Source of the DNA: a bacterium
GTDB taxonomy: Bacteria > UBA8248 > JACPRG01 > G963555815
Reading direction: 5' to 3'
DNA: 64,000 nt
NCBI GenBank assembly: GCA_965218795.1
Contig: OZ244653.1
Coordinates: 1,216,001-1,280,000, forward strand
Below the pieces are notes generated by a model. The model was not told the DNA's origin, searched no databases, and worked only from the letters and a program-made list of their open reading frames with translations. The translations under genes were made by a program, and so were the position numbers. Shown piece after piece: positions 9,698-19,079 of this stretch (position 1 is its first letter; each line of letters starts with the position of its first letter).

Positions 9698-11365
9698 ATG
9701 GGCAAGAGAGAAGATGCTGCACGAGGCATCAGCCGTCGCGAGTTTCTGGCAGGGACCGCGCTTGCCGCCGGCGGGGCCATGCTGGGCCCCATCATGATTT
9801 CGAGCGCCTACGGACAGGTCATGCCGGGAAAAGAACTCCCGCCGCTGAGGTTTGAGAGCTACTCGGACTCCATGACCGTTGAAGGTGTGCGTATTTACGC
9901 CCGGGAGCTGGCGAAGATCGGGATCCGTGTGGACCATCGGCCCATGGCCTTTCCCGCCTTTTTGGGCAAGGTGTACTTCAATCACAAATTCACACTGGCC
10001 ATGGGCGGGTTCGGATCGGCGGAGGAGCGCATCGATCCCGACTTTTATCTCCGGGCCCTGTACCGGAGCAAGGGCGGATTCAACGTTTCGGGGTACAGCA
10101 ACCCCGAGTACGACAAAGTCATCGACGCGCAGCAGCAGGAACTGGATCCCGCAAAGCGCAAGAAGCTGATTGAAGAAGCGCAGCGCATCTGGGCCCGCGA
10201 TCTCCCTTCCTGGTGGGTGTTGGGCCGGGCCACGGTCAATCCCTACAACACCCGTCTGTTCAGCAATTACCGTTTCCGCAAGGTCACGGGCCTGAGCGCG
10301 TACAGCGTGCTTCCCTATCTCGAACTGCAGCCGACCGGCAGCGTCAAGGAAGTCAACGTCGCTACGGTCTTCCGGATGAGCTCGGCCCACCTGTTGACGG
10401 AGCGGGCGTCGAACGGGCGCGGATTCCTCCGCTTCGTCTATGACACCTTCCTGAAGTACGACATGGATTACAACCTGAAGCCTTGGGCCGCCGAGTCGTA
10501 CAAAATTGTGGACGCCACCACCATCGACATCAAACTTCGCGATGGAATGAAATGGCATGACGGCCGGCCCGTCACGGCCGATGACGCCAAATTCACGTTT
10601 GATTACATCCGAAAATGGAAGCCGCCCATCTGGCGGTTCGCCATCTCCCCCGTCAAGAGCGCCGAAAAGCTGGATTCCCTGACCGTGCGGGTGCGCCTCA
10701 ACGCGCCCTCCGCCACGTTCATCACGGTCAGTCTGGCCTACATCACGATTCTCCCGCAACACATCTGGAAGGACGTGCCGGAAAAGGCGGGGGTCAAGAA
10801 GCCCAGCGAGTGGAACATGGCGAAGCACGGCGCGATCGGCAGCGGTCCGTTCAAATTCGTTTCCTTCAAGAAGGACGTGGACTGCCACGTCGTGGCTAAT
10901 CGGGATCACTGGACGGGCGGTCCGAAACTGGACGGCGTTCATTACATCCAGGCCACCGGCGTGGAGCAGGAAAAGGGCGGCATGGAGAACCAAAGCATCC
11001 ATATCGTGGATGAGGGACTCAATCCTCCCGACGGCGAAAAGCTGGCTGAAAAGCCCTACATCGGCCTGCACATCCAGCCGAGCCAGACCATCATGTCCTT
11101 CTTCCTGGACATGCGGAATCCGCTGTTCCAGGACCCGGCGCTCCGGACGGCCATGTACCTGGCAACGCCGAAAAAGAATATCCTGGACATCGCCGCCGCC
11201 GGGGGCGGCCTGGTCGGCCGGCGCTCCCCGTTGCCGCCCGTCTTCACGAAATGGATCCCATCGGATCTGCCGGGCGACGAGTTCAACCTGGATGCCGCCA
11301 AGAAATCTCTCGCCGACGCCGGGTACACCTGGAAGAACGGTGTCCTCGTGATGAAGAAGGCCTGA
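9698..11365 (+). CDS. family-5 (Dpp/Opp/Nik) ABC substrate-binding protein, Tat signal, circularly permuted
   Basis: SRREFL twin-arginine signal; PWAAESY, LRDGMKWHDGRPVTADDAKFT, IGSGPF motifs; the usual C-terminal block lies at the N-terminus. Confidence 0.88.
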   Translation: MGKREDAARGISRREFLAGTALAAGGAMLGPIMISSAYGQVMPGKELPPLRFESYSDSMTVEGVRIYARELAKIGIRVDHRPMAFPAFLGKVYFNHKFTLAMGGFGSAEERIDPDFYLRALYRSKGGFNVSGYSNPEYDKVIDAQQQELDPAKRKKLIEEAQRIWARDLPSWWVLGRATVNPYNTRLFSNYRFRKVTGLSAYSVLPYLELQPTGSVKEVNVATVFRMSSAHLLTERASNGRGFLRFVYDTFLKYDMDYNLKPWAAESYKIVDATTIDIKLRDGMKWHDGRPVTADDAKFTFDYIRKWKPPIWRFAISPVKSAEKLDSLTVRVRLNAPSATFITVSLAYITILPQHIWKDVPEKAGVKKPSEWNMAKHGAIGSGPFKFVSFKKDVDCHVVANRDHWTGGPKLDGVHYIQATGVEQEKGGMENQSIHIVDEGLNPPDGEKLAEKPYIGLHIQPSQTIMSFFLDMRNPLFQDPALRTAMYLATPKKNILDIAAAGGGLVGRRSPLPPVFTKWIPSDLPGDEFNLDAAKKSLADAGYTWKNGVLVMKKA

Positions 11366-11376
11366 TCGACGGGTAT

Positions 11377-11410
11377 CGGGAGGGGGCCGCGGGGCCGCTC
11401 CCCCCTCCCG
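11377..11410 (+). terminator. GC-rich hairpin after the binding-protein gene (stabiliser or partial terminator)
   Basis: CGGGAGGGGG...CCCCCTCCCG inverted repeat, no U-tract. Confidence 0.5.
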
Positions 11411-11441
11411 CGCCCGCATCTCTCTGAGGCCATACCCCACG

Positions 11442-12410
11442 ATGCGTCGCTACGTCCTCCGCAGGGTCGCCCAGATCATTTTTGTCCTTTGGGCCCTGAT
11501 CACCATTATGTTTTTCCTCTTTCGGCTGGTCCCTGGCGATCCGGTCGCCATGATCATCTCGGCCGAGCTGACCGAGAGCGCACGGGAAGCCCTCCGCGAG
11601 GGCTGGGGTTTGAACCGTCCCCTGGGCCAACAATACTTTCTTTATGTCAAGAACCTGCTGATTGGCGATTTCGGCCTGTCGTTCTACCACCAAGAGCCGG
11701 TGTGGGAGGTGCTGGGCGAAAAGGTCGTCAATACCCTGGCACTCATGATCCCGGCCACGGCAATAGGAGTCGTCCTCGGCGTTTCGGGCGGCATGTACCT
11801 GGGGTGGTGGCGGGGCTCGCGTCTGGAACGGATCGGGGTCATGCTCCCTCCCCTGATTCGGGCGATGCCCGTGTTCTGGCTGGGGGTGCTCCTCCTGATG
11901 GTGTTCTCCTACAAGTTCGGACTTTTTCCGAACGGAGGAATGCGCTCCATCGGCACGTTTCCCAAAGGCTGGGCCGACACCTTCTTCTCAACGGACTTCC
12001 TTTGGCACTTGACCCTCCCGTTGGTTTGCACGGTGATTACCTCGGTTCCCGAACCGATGCTCATCATGCGGAGCAGTATCCTGGAAACCCGGGGTGAGGA
12101 GTACATCGAGCTCCTGCAGGCCAAGGGAGTCAGGGAGCACGTCGTTCTCAAGCATGCGGCCCGCAACTCCATGCTGCCGGTGGTGACCTGGGTGTTTCAC
12201 ATGTTCGGCTACGCCATCGCCGGAACGGTGCTCGTCGAGGTCGTTTTTGCGTGGCCCGGTCTGGGCCGGGAGTTGATCACGGCCGTCAACAACCATGACT
12301 ATCCTGTTTCCCAGGCGGCGTTCTTCCTCATATCGGTCATCATTCTCGGCTTGAACTTCATGAACGATATGGTGTACGGCCTGTTGGATCCGCGCGTGGT
12401 GTTGAACTAA
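11442..12410 (+). CDS. peptide/nickel ABC permease (DppB-like)
   Basis: VPGDPV, GLNRPLGQQY, AMPVFWLG, VEVVFAWPGLGR, LLDPRV. Confidence 0.92.
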   Translation: MRRYVLRRVAQIIFVLWALITIMFFLFRLVPGDPVAMIISAELTESAREALREGWGLNRPLGQQYFLYVKNLLIGDFGLSFYHQEPVWEVLGEKVVNTLALMIPATAIGVVLGVSGGMYLGWWRGSRLERIGVMLPPLIRAMPVFWLGVLLLMVFSYKFGLFPNGGMRSIGTFPKGWADTFFSTDFLWHLTLPLVCTVITSVPEPMLIMRSSILETRGEEYIELLQAKGVREHVVLKHAARNSMLPVVTWVFHMFGYAIAGTVLVEVVFAWPGLGRELITAVNNHDYPVSQAAFFLISVIILGLNFMNDMVYGLLDPRVVLN

Positions 12411-13366
12411 TGGAAAACCTGAGCGTCGAGCACAAACCGTCCGAGCCGTCTCCTGAAAGGGCCTTGGACCCTGCCGGCATCCACGCCGAGAAATCCAGGT
12501 TGTTCCGGGGCATCCGAGAGATTGCGCATACCCTTTGGGGGGATGCCTTTGGGCGCGCCGGCATTTGCATTCTTCTCCTGTTTCTCATCGTTGCGATCGT
12601 TTCCCCTCATATCGGCCCGGATGACCCCTGGAAGCACCATTACAACCCTGAGAACCAACTCGCGCGACTCGAGTCGGCGTCCGGCCGGCACTGGTTCGGA
12701 ACCACTTATTACGGGCAGGACGTGTTCACCCAAACGGTGCGGGGGACCCGCGTAGCCTTTGCCGTTGGAGTGATCACGGCGGTTCTGATCGTCATCATCG
12801 GGACGAACATCGGCCTGATCGCCGGCTACTTCGGGGGGTGGACCGACGATTTTCTGATGCGGATCACCGACATCGCCTACGCCATTCCCTTCCTTCCGTT
12901 CATGATTGTCGTTGTGAGCCTGGTCGGCCCCCGACTGGAGACCATCATCCTGTCGATGTCGCTGCTCTTTTGGCGAACGGAGGCGCGGGTCGTGCGTTCC
13001 CAGGTCCTGAGCCTGCGCGAACGTCCCTACATTCTCGCAGCCCGAGCGAGCGGCGCCGGCCACATCAGGCTCCTCTACGTCCACCTCCTGCCCAACGTCC
13101 TGCCCATCGCGTTTCTCTATCTGGTCTTCGGTGTGGCCTGGGCGGTATTGACCGAAGCCAGCCTGAGTTTCATCGGGCTCGGGGATCCAAACCAGGTCAG
13201 CTGGGGATTGATGCTCTTTCACGCATTCAGCTCGGGATCCATGCGGGACGCATGGTGGTGGGTCGTTCCGCCGGGTTTGGCGCTGATGATCTTTCTCTTG
13301 GCCTGTTATTTCATGGGCCGCGCCTACGAAGAGCGAATCAACCCCCGCCTGCAGCAAAGCTCATGA
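12410..13366 (+). CDS. peptide/nickel ABC permease (DppC-like)
   Basis: HWFGTTYYGQDVF, GYFGGWTD, HLLPNVLP, EASLSFIGLG, SWGLML. Confidence 0.92.
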   Translation: MENLSVEHKPSEPSPERALDPAGIHAEKSRLFRGIREIAHTLWGDAFGRAGICILLLFLIVAIVSPHIGPDDPWKHHYNPENQLARLESASGRHWFGTTYYGQDVFTQTVRGTRVAFAVGVITAVLIVIIGTNIGLIAGYFGGWTDDFLMRITDIAYAIPFLPFMIVVVSLVGPRLETIILSMSLLFWRTEARVVRSQVLSLRERPYILAARASGAGHIRLLYVHLLPNVLPIAFLYLVFGVAWAVLTEASLSFIGLGDPNQVSWGLMLFHAFSSGSMRDAWWWVVPPGLALMIFLLACYFMGRAYEERINPRLQQSS

Positions 13367-14397
13367 GCCTGCTTTCCGTTCAGGATCTGAACATCCGGTT
13401 CCGGACCGCCGACGGGGAACTGAGGGCGGTGGACGGGGTGTCTTTCGATCTTGCGGAAGGCGAATCGATCGGAATCGTGGGCGAGTCGGGTTGCGGGAAG
13501 ACGACCCTGGCCAAGTCCATCTTTCGCATCCTCCCTCCCAACAGCCTGGTTCCGGCAGGAAGAATCCTCTTTCGGGGCATCGACCTGCTGCAACTCCCTC
13601 CCCCCGCGATGCGGCAGGCCCGCTGGCGCGACCTGTCACTCATCACCCAGAGCGCCATGGCCGCCCTGGATCCGGTGTACCGGGTGGGCGCGCAGATCGT
13701 CGAAGTCATCCGGGCGCACGAAGACTGCTCGCGGAAAGAGGCCTGGGAACGCGCGGGGAAGTTGTTCAATGCCGTCGGTCTCGATACCAACCGGCTTCGG
13801 AATTACCCTCACCAATTCAGCGGCGGGATGCGGCAGCGAGCCGTGATAGCGATGGCGCTTGCCCTGGATCCGCCGCTGGTGGTCGCCGACGAGCCGACAA
13901 CGGCACTCGACGTGATCATGCAGGATCAGGTTTTCGAGGAAATCGCCCGCCTCCAGCAGGCGGGGCAAAAGGCTCTGATTCTCATCACCCACGACATCTC
14001 CTTGGTGGCGGAGAACTGCGATCGCGTGGCCGTGATGTACGCCGGTCGGATTGTCGAACTGGCTCCGGTACGCGAGATTTTTTCTCGGCCCATACACCCG
14101 TACACCATCGGGTTGCAAAACGCCTTCCCCGATTTGAAGGGAAAAACCAGAGGGTTGATCTCCATCCCGGGCGCGCCGCCCAATTTGACGGCGCCCTACC
14201 CCGGCTGCCGTTTCGCTCCCCGGTGTCCGTTCGTCCAGGAGCGGTGCACAAGGGAGGATCCACCGCTATCCGGCGTTGGGCCGAATCACCAGGTCGCCTG
14301 TCATTTTCCCGAAAAGGCCGCGGAGTTCCGGGACGCGGGGAGGCAAGAGAAAATCTGGGAGAGGGACGGGACGGCCGAGACGACGGGATTGACATGA
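13363..14397 (+). CDS. peptide ABC ATP-binding protein (DppD-like)
   Basis: ATGA overlap; GESGCGKT, YPHQFSGGMRQR, ADEPTTALD, GCRFAPRCP. Confidence 0.92.
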   Translation: MSLLSVQDLNIRFRTADGELRAVDGVSFDLAEGESIGIVGESGCGKTTLAKSIFRILPPNSLVPAGRILFRGIDLLQLPPPAMRQARWRDLSLITQSAMAALDPVYRVGAQIVEVIRAHEDCSRKEAWERAGKLFNAVGLDTNRLRNYPHQFSGGMRQRAVIAMALALDPPLVVADEPTTALDVIMQDQVFEEIARLQQAGQKALILITHDISLVAENCDRVAVMYAGRIVELAPVREIFSRPIHPYTIGLQNAFPDLKGKTRGLISIPGAPPNLTAPYPGCRFAPRCPFVQERCTREDPPLSGVGPNHQVACHFPEKAAEFRDAGRQEKIWERDGTAETTGLT

Positions 14398-15425
14398 CCG
14401 CACTCATTTTGCAGGTCCGCGGGTTGAAGAAGTACTTTCCTCTCCGGGGACAAATGCTATCCGAGATACTGCCCCGTGGAACCCCTCCTATTGTCCGGGC
14501 GGTGGAAGACGTCAATTTCGAGCTGGCCGAAGGAGAGGTGCTGGGTATCGTCGGTGAGAGCGGCTGTGGAAAAACGACCACAGGGCTGACCACGCTCAAA
14601 CTCTATCCGCCATCGGCCGGCGAGATCCGATTCCTCGGAAAGGACATCGCCCCGTACCGGGGAAATCAGCTTCGAGATTTCAGACGCCAAGCGCAGCTCA
14701 TCTTTCAGGATCCCTATCAATCCCTCAACCCGCGTTTTACCGTATTCGACACGATTCGTGAGCCGCTCGTCATTCACGGCCTGGCCAAAGGGAAGAAGTT
14801 GGTGGACCGGGTTCTTGAGACGCTGGACATCGTCAGGCTTCGTCCTCCGGAGATATTTCTCGACCGCTACCCCCACGAGCTGAGCGGGGGACAGCGTCAA
14901 CGGGTCGCCATCGCGCGCGCGATGGTGGTGCGCCCGCGATTCATCGTGGCCGACGAGCCCGTCTCCATGTTGGATGTCTCGGTTCGGGCGGGGATCCTGG
15001 AGCTGCTCAGGCGGTTCAGTCGGGAAGCCGGTCTCTCCCTGCTGTATATCTCTCACGACATTTCGACGGTCCGATATCTCTGTGACCGCACGGCCATCAT
15101 GTACCTGGGCCGAATCATCGAGACGGGTCACACGGAAACCCTCATCGAAAATCCCCGTCATCCGTATACGAAGGCGTTGCTTTCCGCCGTTCCCTTGTCC
15201 GACCCCGACGCCAACAGACCGCGCACCCGCCTCAAGGGAGATGTGCCGAGCCCTGTGCAACGCCCGGGGGGGTGCGTTTTTCATCCCAGGTGTCCGGAGG
15301 TCTTTGCCCCCTGCGGCGAGCAAATTCCCGGCTTCCACGCGGGAACGGACGGTCAGGAGGTCGCCTGTCACCTCTACGGGGAAGAGGCCGGGGACCGCAT
15401 GATTCCAAAGGGTGAAGGGACCTGA
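14394..15425 (+). CDS. peptide ABC ATP-binding protein (DppF-like)
   Basis: ATGA overlap; GESGCGKT, FQDPYQSLNPR, LSGGQRQR, GCVFHPRCP. Confidence 0.92.
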   Translation: MTALILQVRGLKKYFPLRGQMLSEILPRGTPPIVRAVEDVNFELAEGEVLGIVGESGCGKTTTGLTTLKLYPPSAGEIRFLGKDIAPYRGNQLRDFRRQAQLIFQDPYQSLNPRFTVFDTIREPLVIHGLAKGKKLVDRVLETLDIVRLRPPEIFLDRYPHELSGGQRQRVAIARAMVVRPRFIVADEPVSMLDVSVRAGILELLRRFSREAGLSLLYISHDISTVRYLCDRTAIMYLGRIIETGHTETLIENPRHPYTKALLSAVPLSDPDANRPRTRLKGDVPSPVQRPGGCVFHPRCPEVFAPCGEQIPGFHAGTDGQEVACHLYGEEAGDRMIPKGEGT

Positions 15426-15460
15426 CGCGCAGTCATCCGCACGGGCTGAATCACAATTCC

Positions 15461-16798
15461 CTACGCAGCCGAGGCCGCGCCTGAGATTCTGGGCGGTTTC
15501 TGTCCCGCCGGGACGATGGGATCGTAAACGAACCCTTCGGTCTTCGTCCCCCACTCTTTCCGGATCTCTTCAAGCAATTCAGGCTGGGTCATGTAATCCA
15601 GGGTCGTGGCGGCCAGGATCTTGGCGGCGTACAGCATTCCCTTTTCGCCCAGCCCCATCCGGTATTGTTCGGTGGCGGAAACGTGATGTTCCGGCGTTTC
15701 GGGCGCCCGGCAGGTGATCATGCACATGCTGAAGGGGACCAGCCAGCTGACGTTGCCCAGGTCATTCGACCAAGGGCCGGTTCCGCCGACAAAGGGGCCG
15801 GATACTGTCTCGTCAGGCTCCGTGTAATTGAATTTCTTCTGCGGGAACTCCTTCTCCTCCTTTGTAAACTTCGGCGGTGAAATGGCCTCCAGATTGGCAT
15901 GCATGACCCGGGCGGCCGATTCCAGCGGCAGGGAATCGTAAACCCCGGTGATGGTCGTGGCTTTGACTTCGGTCTCGGTCGCGTGAGCGGCCCCCTCCGC
16001 ACACCGGAAAAGCCGCTCGGTGTTTGATCTTAGGATTTCCCGATTGAAATAGCGCATGAAATACCAGCTTCTGGCGTATGGTGGTACGACGTTAGGGAAA
16101 ATCCCACCGTCTGGAATGACATAATGCAGCATCGAACCCCGCGGCAGGTGCTCCCTCAGGTGGTTCGCTGCATAATTCATGATTTCAACCGCATCCAGGG
16201 CGCTCCTCGCGTCGAACGGGGCGACGCCCGCGTGCGCGCTCTTGCCGAAGAACTCGTAGAGGATGGAGTCCATCGCCATGGACCCGACGTTCATGACGGC
16301 GTTTTCCTTACCCGGGTGCCAAGCCATCACGGTGTCCAATCCATCAAAAACACCGTCTCTCGCCATATAGACCTTCCCGACCAGGGTTTCTTCCGCCGGC
16401 GTCCCGAAGACCTTGAGGATTCCGCCGACCCGCGATTTTTCCATGGCCGTTTTCGCGGCAATCGCCGCCGCGACCGTGCCGGTCCCATAAAGATTGTGCC
16501 CGCATCCGTGCCCCGGGCCGTCGCCTTCGACCGCACACTGCGGCACGGCATCGTATTCGGCCAACAACCCGACGGTCGGGCCGTCCTCCCCCCAGGTCGC
16601 GACGAACGCCGTGGGCATGTCGGACACGCCTTCCTCAATCTGAAACCCGGCTTCCCGCAGAACGCGGACCAACAAGGCAGCAGACTTGTACTCTTCCAGG
16701 CCCAGTTCCGCGTATCCCCATATTTCCCGCGAATACTCGATCAATCGCTCGCGTTCATCTTCAACCCACTGAATGGCCGTCTCTTTCTCTTTTCCCAT
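15461..16798 (-). CDS. M20 amidohydrolase (AbgB-like)
   Basis: LAEYDAV, GHGCGHNL, GTPAEE, MAWHP, ARSALDAVE; likely start MGKEKE at 16798. Confidence 0.88.
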   Translation of the reverse strand: MGKEKETAIQWVEDERERLIEYSREIWGYAELGLEEYKSAALLVRVLREAGFQIEEGVSDMPTAFVATWGEDGPTVGLLAEYDAVPQCAVEGDGPGHGCGHNLYGTGTVAAAIAAKTAMEKSRVGGILKVFGTPAEETLVGKVYMARDGVFDGLDTVMAWHPGKENAVMNVGSMAMDSILYEFFGKSAHAGVAPFDARSALDAVEIMNYAANHLREHLPRGSMLHYVIPDGGIFPNVVPPYARSWYFMRYFNREILRSNTERLFRCAEGAAHATETEVKATTITGVYDSLPLESAARVMHANLEAISPPKFTKEEKEFPQKKFNYTEPDETVSGPFVGGTGPWSNDLGNVSWLVPFSMCMITCRAPETPEHHVSATEQYRMGLGEKGMLYAAKILAATTLDYMTQPELLEEIRKEWGTKTEGFVYDPIVPAGQKPPRISGAASAA

Positions 16799-17215
16799 CG
16801 ACTTGAGGCTCCCTTTGATTAGCCCGAGCGATTGATCGTTGACCGCTAGGGGCTTTGGGCTTGAAAACGGGGCGTATTCCAGGCACTGTCGTTCCGGCCA
16901 TTTCGCGAATGGTTGTTCTTCTGAACGCAGACCTGCTGTGTCGCATGACCATTCGACGGCCTCATGAACAGGCGCGTCAGTGCGGAGCGCGGACACGACG
17001 TTTCCCCACGCGCGCCGGGGAGACAAAGCAATCCACTTTGCGTTCCTGTCAGCAACGGTTGCGCTTGACTCGAAAGTGTACGAGACAACATGCTACAACT
17101 CAATATACGGCCGATTTCCCTCTTCAGCCCAGCGCCAAAGAGTTTCATCGTCAATGGAAAAGACGTGTACTCGCACTGAAGTTCACTTGTCCACAGCTTT
17201 CCACGGGAGGGATCG

Positions 17216-18505
17216 ATGACGGACCGAGAAGTCATCCATTGTCCCGATGTACCGACTCCGATTGTCGGCTCACACGCGGTGAGAGCGGGCGACTTTTTGT
17301 TTCTGGGGGGACAAATTCCCTCTGATTATCAGACCGGTCTGGCCCTCGAGGCGAGGGGCGGCCGGGGAGCAATGGAGCCGGTCGTCGCTTCGAAACTTCA
17401 ATCCGGTTACATTCTTCAGCACGCAGAAAAAATATTGCGCGCAGCGGGTTCTTCGTTGGAACGCGGGGTTCGGATCGATCAGTTCTGCACCCATCCGGAC
17501 GCCGCATCTCCTTACCTGGAAGTCCGGACTCGTCACGTGGATCCGCAGACCCGGCCATCGAGCACCCACGTTCAAATTGAATCCCTGCTGGTCCCCGATG
17601 CGCTCTGCGGGCTCCAGTTGATCGCATTGACGGAGGCGAGCGGGGCGAAGAAGGAAATGGTCGTCGTGCCGGACCTGAGCACGTCCCCCGGGCCTCCCTT
17701 CAAGCCAAGTCCGCAGGCGCTGACAGCCGGAGATTTCGTTTTTGTGACCGGTCAGGTGGCCAGCGATTTTGACTCCGGGCTCGCGGCCGAAGCCCGGACG
17801 AACCCCGATTTCTGGTATGGTTCATCCATCAAGCTGCAGACCGATTACATCATGAAACGCTGCGAGATCATCCTCGAGGCTTCGGGCAGCTCTCTGCAAA
17901 ACGTCGTTCGGGCCGATATTTATCTGACGGAAATGAAGGACTTCTATGAGTTCGAGGAGGTCTGGAAGCGCTACTTCCCCGAGGAGCCACCGGCCCGGAC
18001 CTTCATTCCGGTCAAGCGTCTCGGACCTCGCGACTGCATCGTGGAAATCAACATGATCGCCCTGAAACAACGAAGCCCTTTGAAAAAGAAGACGATCTCG
18101 GCCGCTGGCGTTCCGCATCCCGATGTTCACCACCCTCATGCAGTCCAGGCCGGTGATTTTGTGTTTATTTCCGGTATGTGCGCCACGGATTTTGCGAACG
18201 GCCTGGCGCCCGAAGCCGGTGTCAATCCCGCTCTCCCATGGTTCAGCTCTTCCGCGAAAAAGCAGACAGAATACATTCTGAAAAATGTCGATGGCGTTTG
18301 CCGTGCGGCGGGGAGCAGCCTGGAGAACGTGGTCTGGATGCAAAACCTTTATACGGTCCCCAACGAGTTTTTCCCTGCATCGGAGGTGTTTCGCGCTCAC
18401 TTCCCGAACCACCCGCCTGCTCTCCTGGCCGTCCAGGTTCAACCCCCGCATCTAGTCAAGAGCTGCACCATCCTGTTCGATGCCGTGGCGGTTGTAACCG
18501 ATTGA
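17216..18505 (+). CDS. Rid (YjgF/RidA) family protein with three tandem domains
   Basis: Three repeats of AGDF(L/V)F..G(Q/M)...GLA.EA...K.Q..YI...GSSL. Confidence 0.88.
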   Translation: MTDREVIHCPDVPTPIVGSHAVRAGDFLFLGGQIPSDYQTGLALEARGGRGAMEPVVASKLQSGYILQHAEKILRAAGSSLERGVRIDQFCTHPDAASPYLEVRTRHVDPQTRPSSTHVQIESLLVPDALCGLQLIALTEASGAKKEMVVVPDLSTSPGPPFKPSPQALTAGDFVFVTGQVASDFDSGLAAEARTNPDFWYGSSIKLQTDYIMKRCEIILEASGSSLQNVVRADIYLTEMKDFYEFEEVWKRYFPEEPPARTFIPVKRLGPRDCIVEINMIALKQRSPLKKKTISAAGVPHPDVHHPHAVQAGDFVFISGMCATDFANGLAPEAGVNPALPWFSSSAKKQTEYILKNVDGVCRAAGSSLENVVWMQNLYTVPNEFFPASEVFRAHFPNHPPALLAVQVQPPHLVKSCTILFDAVAVVTD

Positions 18506-18661
18506 ATGGCGGCAATGCGAAGCCGCTCGCTCCTCTCCTACCGCTCATTGCAATTCCGAATTGGGGAGTGGAATTTCCACCGGTTCCGGGATTTGATCAG
18601 CGCCGTCTCATCAAATCGGAGTTTAGAGCGTCTATTGGGCAGCATTCGAGAGTGACCCAAA

Positions 18662-18697
18662 ATAGAAGGGGGCCAAGTTTCCCTGGCCCCCTTCTAT
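18662..18697. terminator. hairpin terminator between the Rid gene and tRNA 3' end
   Basis: ATAGAAGGGGGCCA...TGGCCCCCTTCTAT, 14-bp perfect stem. Confidence 0.75.
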
Positions 18698-18700
18698 CAA

Positions 18701-18777
<77 letters not shown>

Positions 18778-19079
18778 AACATCTTATCTCTCGAAGATGC
18801 ACGAAATTTTCAGGAAATCTTCTCACTAGTATCTTTAATCTCAGACAGGATACCTGTCAAGCACTCACCCCTCGGCGCTCTATTGCGTCCAACTTCATTG
18901 ATGTGACACAATCTACGATGCTCTGGAGGTGTTTCTCCTGTCGATCGCCGGATTCACATCGATTCCTGAATTCCGTTGCCTGTGGCTGCCCAAAACTCCA
19001 TCCCATTGCCTGCAAAGGTCGTTCGCATCGCTGTATCCCTGGACCCATCCCATCCGGTCGGGGATGGAGGTCAGGGCCA

